Source: Pirellula staleyi DSM 6068 (lineage in GTDB: Bacteria > Planctomycetota > Planctomycetia > Pirellulales > Pirellulaceae). Taken from it: a stretch of DNA of 32,000 bases. The notes under the pieces were generated by a model, which had not been told where the DNA came from, made no database searches, and saw only the letters and a program-made list of their open reading frames with translations. Below, piece by piece: positions 27,151 through 32,000 of the stretch. The stretch is taken from assembly GCA_000025185.1 (NCBI GenBank), contig CP001848.1, forward strand, positions 4,350,001 through 4,382,000, read 5' to 3'. Position 1 is the first letter of the stretch. The number at the start of each line of letters is the position of its first letter. A program made the translations under genes and the position numbers.

Positions 27151-27345
27151 CGTCTAGCGATGAATGTCATGGAGCAACGAACAGTCTGCCATCCAGTGTG
27201 CCACTGGGCTCTGCCCAGTTCGAAGTGTGAAGGGAGTCGATGTTTCAAGGAGATTTCACCAAAACATCGTTTCCAACTTCTGCACTGGCAAGATGCCAAT
27301 GGCTCCCAACAACAACTGCCATTGCTCGATAGACGAAGTACTAGG
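27151..27345. repeat. Second small intergenic repeat family, copy X2
   Basis: CGTCTAGCGATGAATGTCAT (27151-27170) and CGATAGACGAAGTACTAG (27327-27344) bracket ~155 nt. The same two motifs are adjacent and in swapped order at 251-293. The interior holds two mutually exclusive hairpins, CCAGTG-tgc-CACTGG (27193-27207) and ACTGGGC-tct-GCCCAGT (27203-27219). Confidence 0.4.
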
Positions 27346-27358
27346 GAGCCAACAAGGT

Positions 27359-27847
27359 TTAACCGGGATCGCCCGAGACGATTTCTTCGTACAGCTGTTT
27401 GTGCCACCGCTCGGCATCGGTCTGGTTCATGTCGAGCGCTTCGAGCAACGTCTGACCGATTTGCAGCAGCTGCGTCGGACAGCCGTCGGACAACCCACCT
27501 GTCAGTCCAGTGTGGTTGTACTGAAATGGATAGATGCGGCAAACGAGGGGTCGCACTTCCAGCGGAAGGACGCAGCCCGCGTTTCCGAGGAACATGCAGT
27601 CCCCATTTTCCTTCCGCTTCAGAACCCGCCGCGTCATGTCGGGACGAAACACATGCGCGAGCCAAACCGGGTCGTCGTCGTGCTGCAAATAGACTGGATC
27701 ATCCGGGTAGCGATACTCGGTGAAGTCGGTGAGCCCGGTATGCTCGGCGATCCGCTCGGTATCGCCTGCCGTCGGATGAATTTCGCACGATTGGCAGCAG
27801 GTGAGCTGCACGCGCGAGCAGCGCACGCAAAGGAATTCTTCAGACAT
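27359..27847 (-). CDS. YkgJ-family cysteine-cluster protein (CxxCxxCC, UPF0153)
   Basis: The ATG at 27847 gives MSEEFLCVRCSRVQLTCCQSCE. This is followed by ENGDCMFLGNAGCVLPLEVRPLVCRIYPF, matching the CxxCxxCC ... C.FL...C.....RP..CR.YPF pattern of this putative Fe/Zn-binding family. Confidence 0.7.
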   Translation of the reverse strand: MSEEFLCVRCSRVQLTCCQSCEIHPTAGDTERIAEHTGLTDFTEYRYPDDPVYLQHDDDPVWLAHVFRPDMTRRVLKRKENGDCMFLGNAGCVLPLEVRPLVCRIYPFQYNHTGLTGGLSDGCPTQLLQIGQTLLEALDMNQTDAERWHKQLYEEIVSGDPG

Positions 27848-28031
27848 CGGAAAGCATCGCTTCGAAAAACGCGGAGGGACCGAATGAACAATGGATTCGT
27901 GCTGTGCTGAGCTATGCCGGTAACACGGGCACCCCGTACCCACGTCTAGCTAGTCACACAGCCAGTCCGCTGCGACATCCACCCCGCAAGGTGGATGCCG
28001 CAACGCTGGGATGACGATGGCTCGAGGGCCT

Positions 28032-29342
28032 TTAAGGCGTCGGATCGGGATAGCGATAAACCTGCCCTTCGTAGTTGCGCAGCAGCAGGTCGTTGCCATC
28101 GCGACCGACGACGTAGTTCGGCTGAAGTGGAATTTTTCCACCACCGCCGGGGGCATCGATCACATAAGTCGGCACTGCGTAGCCGGTCGTATGCCCACGC
28201 AAACCTTCGATGATTTCGAGTCCTTTGGAGACCGAAGTTCGAAAGTGAGCCGAACCGCTGATCGGATCGCATTGATAGATGTAGTAAGGACGTACGCGCA
28301 TCATCAGCAAGCGATGCACAAGATCCTTCATCGTGTCGACCCGGTCGTTCACCCCTTTGAGCAGCACCGTTTGCGAACCGAGCGGAATGCCAGCGTCGGC
28401 TAGCCGCGCGCATGCTTGGTTTGCCTCCGGCGTGCATTCGTCGGGGTGCAGGAAGTGGATGCTCATCCAGAGGGGCGAATACTTTTTGAACACCCGGATC
28501 AGCTGCGGGGTGATGCGCTGCGGCAAAACCGCCGGCATCTTGGTCCCGATGCGGACGAACTCCAGGTGGGGAATCGATCGGAGCCGACCGAGAATCCAGT
28601 CGAGTTTGTCTTCGCTGAGGGCCAGAGGATCGCCACCACTGATCAGCACGTCGCGAATCGTCGGAGTTTGGCGAATGTATTCAAACGCCTTCTCCAGACG
28701 CTGTTCGCTCGGCATGATTTCGCCATGTCCGACCACGCGCGACCGGGTGCAGTAGCGGCAGTAGGTGCTGCAGAAATCGAGCGCCAGCAGGAGTACCCGA
28801 TCGGGATAGCGATGGACCAGCCCTGGTGTTGGACTATGACCATCTTCTCCGAGCGGATCGTCGGCTTCCCCCGGCGTACGGAGGAATTCGCCAGTCACCG
28901 GCACCACCGTGCGGCGGAGAGGCTGATTGGCATCCTCGCGGTCGAGCAGGCTCATGTAGTAGGGGGTGATCCCTACCGGCAACATCGAGCCGCCGTCGAC
29001 CAGCGCCTGACGCTCGTCGCTCGACAGAACCAGCATCTTTTCGAACTGCTGCAGCGTCCGGATGCGGTTGCGCGATTGCCAGCGCCAATCGTTCCAGTCG
29101 CGGTCGGCAACTTCAGGAAAGAAGGCGCGGCGAAAAGCGCGGGTACGAGTCGTTGTGCGTGGTCGCTTGAAAGCAGGTGCGACGAAGCTGGCGGGCTCGG
29201 TCGGCAGACTCGCTGGCGCGATTCGACTCGTGGGAGTGACAACGGGTAAAGAAAATTCCGAGGTGGTTGTTTCGAACCTACTACTTGGAGGTTCTTCAAG
29301 GTCAACGGAAACAATCGACTGCTCGCAGTCGGACTGAGTCAT
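28032..29342 (-). CDS. kamA: Lysine 2,3-aminomutase-like radical SAM/PLP enzyme (KamA family)
   Basis: Motifs: DWNDWRWQSRNRI, HRYPDRVLLL, radical SAM CSTYCRYCTRS, GGDPL, YIYQCD...HFRT, VIDAPGGGGKIPL (PLP Lys). I prefer the ATG at 29342 (436 aa); the ORF is open to 29474 (480 aa). The N-terminal 60-105 aa are low-complexity. Confidence 0.9.
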   Translation of the reverse strand: MTQSDCEQSIVSVDLEEPPSSRFETTTSEFSLPVVTPTSRIAPASLPTEPASFVAPAFKRPRTTTRTRAFRRAFFPEVADRDWNDWRWQSRNRIRTLQQFEKMLVLSSDERQALVDGGSMLPVGITPYYMSLLDREDANQPLRRTVVPVTGEFLRTPGEADDPLGEDGHSPTPGLVHRYPDRVLLLALDFCSTYCRYCTRSRVVGHGEIMPSEQRLEKAFEYIRQTPTIRDVLISGGDPLALSEDKLDWILGRLRSIPHLEFVRIGTKMPAVLPQRITPQLIRVFKKYSPLWMSIHFLHPDECTPEANQACARLADAGIPLGSQTVLLKGVNDRVDTMKDLVHRLLMMRVRPYYIYQCDPISGSAHFRTSVSKGLEIIEGLRGHTTGYAVPTYVIDAPGGGGKIPLQPNYVVGRDGNDLLLRNYEGQVYRYPDPTP

Positions 29343-29902
29343 ATATAGATGTCCAGGAGACACGGAAAAAAGCCTGCGCTCGCCACGGTTTTCCTCCCGA
29401 GGTGCGCCAGACCGCCAACACAGCGGCCTAATAAGAGTGGTCGCCGCGAGCCATTCGCGGACGTCCGGAACCAACCAACCGATTTCAAGGGACGTTTTTG
29501 GGGCCGAATCAAACGGCGCGTCGCTTGTTTTCCAGACCGATACAGCGTCTGGCAGCCAGCAAAGTCATCGTCTCTGCGAGCTTTAGGGATGCCCACCTCG
29601 ACGGGCAACAAATTTCGGTCGATCGAAAGCGGTCGCACTGGCCCGAAGTGAGCCAAGCGGGGATTCGATAGGTCAGCACCACCAGGCAAAACTGCCGTGT
29701 AAGAGAGCAGTCGTGCCACACTCAGGTCACGAGCTCGCTGTTGCGATCGAGTGGCAGCGATGGTAACGGGTGTTACATCGCCCCCAGCAGACATTCCCAG
29801 CTTCCTGGAATTGCCACTACGAACTACTCGACGAACTTGCCAAGACAACGCAGTTTGACTTTGTTGCGGCACATCCACCGAGATTCGCCACTGGCTATCC
29901 AT
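29339..29902 (-). CDS. Possible hypothetical protein with degenerate PilZ-like motif (very uncertain)
   Basis: 187-aa ORF whose TGA overlaps the preferred kamA ATG (ATGA at 29339-29342). It contains RRVVR ... ~30 aa ... RDLSVARLLSYTAVLPGG, resembling the PilZ pattern RxxxR...DxSxxG with Gly replaced. Third-position GC (~55% by my hand count) is not elevated and the C-terminus looks non-protein-like. Confidence 0.25.
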   Translation of the reverse strand: MDSQWRISVDVPQQSQTALSWQVRRVVRSGNSRKLGMSAGGDVTPVTIAATRSQQRARDLSVARLLSYTAVLPGGADLSNPRLAHFGPVRPLSIDRNLLPVEVGIPKARRDDDFAGCQTLYRSGKQATRRLIRPQKRPLKSVGWFRTSANGSRRPLLLGRCVGGLAHLGRKTVASAGFFPCLLDIYI

Positions 29903-30228
29903 AACCGAGCCAAGCTCACGGACCAACACGATCAAGTGATCGCTGCGGAATTAAAGAAATACCCGCACGAACTGTCAATGGTTGTTCGCTCTCGAATACC
30001 AAAAATCGGCAAAATCGTTTCCAAGATCGATCTTTGCCATCCATTTTCACTCCCCTCGACCCAACTGTCCCGCTCGGGCAAGGCCTCTTCGAGCCTGCTT
30101 CAGCTTCACAAATCGGGCTGGGTTTCGTATCACTCACCGGTCGGTTGCATGCAGCATGGCGGCCCCTGAAACATCGCCGCTGCTAAAGCCCCTCGAAACG
30201 CAACCAGCGAAAGCCGAGCGAAAAACCT

Positions 30229-31593
30229 TTGAAAAACGGCGCTACCACCGATCCTCCTCCCGCTCCAAGCACCTGGCTGCTGTGGCAACGCGCCCTGCCA
30301 TTCGCCACGCTGTTTGGGGTGGTCTACTTCGTGCAAGGCTTTGCCGAACCGACTGCGGGGCTCGTTTCGCAGCCATTTGTCGATAGTTTTTCGAGTGCCG
30401 GTTTCGCCGCCACCGAAATCGGGGCCTGGCTCGGAATCGTCGGCCTCCCTTGGTCGATCAAGCCACTCGCCGGACTGATGATCGACTTCATTCCCCTGGG
30501 AAGACTGGGGAGAAGCGGCTGGCTACTGCTCGGGAATTTGCTCAGCATCGTCGGCTATGGCTGTGCGGCGCTCACGCTCCTGCTGGCGGGCGGGGAAGGA
30601 CTCGTCGCAGCGCTGCTGCTGGCCAGTTCCGGGGTCGCAATCGCCGATGTCGCCACCGATGCCTTGGCGATTTCCCGGGGACAGCCGCTCGGGATCACCG
30701 GGCAACTGCAGTCGGTGCAGTGGGGAGCCCTTTCGCTCGCGGGGATTCTCGCTGGCGAACTGGGGGGCTATCTCGCCGCCAGCAATCGGCTGGGGCTCGG
30801 GATGGTCGTTTGCGCGCTGCTGGGTCTCTTGGTGATTGCGGTGCAGTTGATTTTGCGCGTCTTACATCCAGCGGTGATCGTCGAGCACGCGCCGCCCGTC
30901 ATCAGCTCTGATGAACCAACAGCCGCTCGGGCGTCGACACTCGGCGAGGCCTACCGGCAGCTGATCCTGGCAGCCCAAAGTCGACTGGTAATCACCACCG
31001 GGCTGTTTCTGTTCCTCTGGAGTTTCAATCCGTTCTCTACGGCGGTGCTGCAAAGCTACGCCACCGACATCCTGGGGCTCGACGAGCAGTTTTATGGGCG
31101 ACTCATCAGCGTGCAGTGCCTGGCGATGTTCGTGACCGCCTGTGTCTACGGCATCATCTGCCGCATGGTTGCGATGCGGGTGCTCGTGCATCTCTCCATC
31201 GCCGCCGGCATCGCCTGCACACTCGCTTACTGGGGATTCAGTGGCGCTACTTCGGGGGTGATTGTCACGCTGTTTGTCGGAGCGGCCTACATGCTCGGAA
31301 CCTTGATTCAGCTCGACCTGGCGGCCCGCGTCGTTCCGATCCGCTCGGCCGGAACCGTCTTCGCGCTTTTGATGGCGATCAGCAATTCGGGACTCTCGGC
31401 CAGCCTCACCGTGGGTGGCTTTCTCTACGATCAGCTCTTCCTGTGGACCGAAAGTCGTCACGCCGCCTTTCATCTGCTCGTCGGAATTGGGGGGCTCTCC
31501 ACCTCCCTCTGCTGGCTCGTCGTGCCGTTTCTTCCGCCACTCGATGATCGGCCAATTTCCCCGGCCAAGGCTGCCGATGTGACAGAAACGTAA
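30229..31593 (+). CDS. MFS-type transporter of the folate-biopterin transporter (BT1) family
   Basis: 454 aa with ~12 predicted TMs. BT1-like N-terminal motifs are YFVQGF and GLPWSIKPLAGLMIDFIPLGRLGRSGWLL. The only in-frame start after the upstream stop (30184) is TTG at 30229, so the start is uncertain. Confidence 0.75.
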   Translation: MKNGATTDPPPAPSTWLLWQRALPFATLFGVVYFVQGFAEPTAGLVSQPFVDSFSSAGFAATEIGAWLGIVGLPWSIKPLAGLMIDFIPLGRLGRSGWLLLGNLLSIVGYGCAALTLLLAGGEGLVAALLLASSGVAIADVATDALAISRGQPLGITGQLQSVQWGALSLAGILAGELGGYLAASNRLGLGMVVCALLGLLVIAVQLILRVLHPAVIVEHAPPVISSDEPTAARASTLGEAYRQLILAAQSRLVITTGLFLFLWSFNPFSTAVLQSYATDILGLDEQFYGRLISVQCLAMFVTACVYGIICRMVAMRVLVHLSIAAGIACTLAYWGFSGATSGVIVTLFVGAAYMLGTLIQLDLAARVVPIRSAGTVFALLMAISNSGLSASLTVGGFLYDQLFLWTESRHAAFHLLVGIGGLSTSLCWLVVPFLPPLDDRPISPAKAADVTET

Positions 31594-31791
31594 TGCCGTA
31601 AACTGATGCCCCTCCTGGGGTTCTCGAAATTCGATCTTTCGGCGATCGAAGCCACCTCTGCACCACACCACCAGTCGATCGACTATAGTAAGATGAGTGA
31701 GACGATCGGCTGACGATCGCTTTAGCCCTGCCGAACTTCCTGACGCGAAGCCTACTAGCGAAACTGGTACTGCCAGTAGCGACTCTCTCCT

Positions 31792-32000
31792 ATGCCTACC
31801 GTTGGTCTGTTTATCCCTTGCTACGTCGACCAGATGTATCCCCATGTCGGGATGGCCACGCTCGAGTTGCTCGAGCAGCTGGGATGTAAGGTCGAATTTC
31901 CCACCGCCCAAACTTGCTGCGGACAGCCGATGTCGAACACCGGCTGCACCGACGAGGCCAAGCCTTTGGCCCGGAAGTTTCTCGATGTCTTTGCCGACTA
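31792..32000 (+). CDS. lutA: (Fe-S)/CCG-domain oxidoreductase, LutA/YkgE-like (5' part, truncated by window end)
   Basis: My own translation from the ATG at 31792 gives MPTVGLFIPCYVDQMYPHVGMATLELLEQLGCKVEFPTAQTCCGQPMSNTGC. This closely follows the LutA/YkgE N-terminal pattern (FVTC..D......ATV.LLE.LGC.V.FP..Q.CCGQP..NSG). It is absent from the ORF track because no stop falls inside the window. Confidence 0.75.
   Translation, partial: MPTVGLFIPCYVDQMYPHVGMATLELLEQLGCKVEFPTAQTCCGQPMSNTGCTDEAKPLARKFLDVFAD

Noticed and set aside
28032-29474. Alternative identities for the KamA-like gene: glutamate 2,3-aminomutase, or EpmB (EF-P beta-lysylation)
   Set aside because: Both Asp residues corresponding to the lysine epsilon-amino binding pair are retained, whereas I recall them replaced in the glutamate enzyme. 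The CSTYCRYCTRS and WNDWRWQ context resembles KamA more than EpmB. No epmA or efp gene is adjacent. Without a phylogeny this is not fully excluded.
29343-29700. Lysine riboswitch (L-box) upstream of kamA on the minus strand
   Set aside because: I read the reverse complement and did not find the conserved L-box blocks (GAGGCGC, GUCGCCGA-type, ACUGUCA). A covariance-model scan is still needed for certainty.

Overview
GC-rich bacterial chromosomal window. It is most consistent with a Planctomycetota (Pirellulales-like) genome, judged from a PSCyt/DUF1549/DUF1553 giant protein paired with a TAT-signal DUF1501 protein, a TAT-signal Gfo/Idh/MocA oxidoreductase, a DUF11-repeat secreted protein and a PQQ-like beta-propeller. 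I call about 24 protein-coding genes, one of them partial at the 3' edge. They include housekeeping genes (typA/bipA, a tRNA-dihydrouridine synthase, an ABC1/UbiB-type kinase, a Usp protein). I saw no rRNA, tRNA, CRISPR array, transposase or phage genes. The long ORFs lying antisense to real genes look like GC-rich frame artefacts. Three things are worth a second look. (1) A co-oriented minus-strand cluster at 24.5-29.5 kb holds a lysine-2,3-aminomutase-like radical SAM enzyme, a YkgJ-type Cys-cluster protein and two D-Ala-D-Ala-ligase-like ATP-grasp enzymes. The two ATP-grasp genes overlap by ATGA, and the second is fused to a GNAT acetyltransferase. I interpret this as a candidate uncharacterised pathway for an N-acetylated beta-lysine-containing peptide, solute or modification. 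(2) A family of ~200-bp intergenic elements is bounded by inverted GTAG-headed palindromes (REP/REPIN-like). There are three copies plus smaller REP units and 13-nt tandem head arrays, and one stem shows a compensatory base-pair change. No RAYT-type transposase is present in the window. (3) A 180-nt nested structure closed by a perfect 17-bp stem and followed by a T-tract lies downstream of the usp gene; it is a candidate sRNA, leader or complex terminator. Lesser items are a DUF3050 (heme-oxygenase-like) plus O-methyltransferase pair, a membrane protein carrying a Tudor-like domain, a cytochrome c'-like gene overlapping usp, and a ~0.9-kb weakly coding region upstream of kamA containing a possible PilZ-like ORF. 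All functional calls come from motif recognition by eye; no database search was run.
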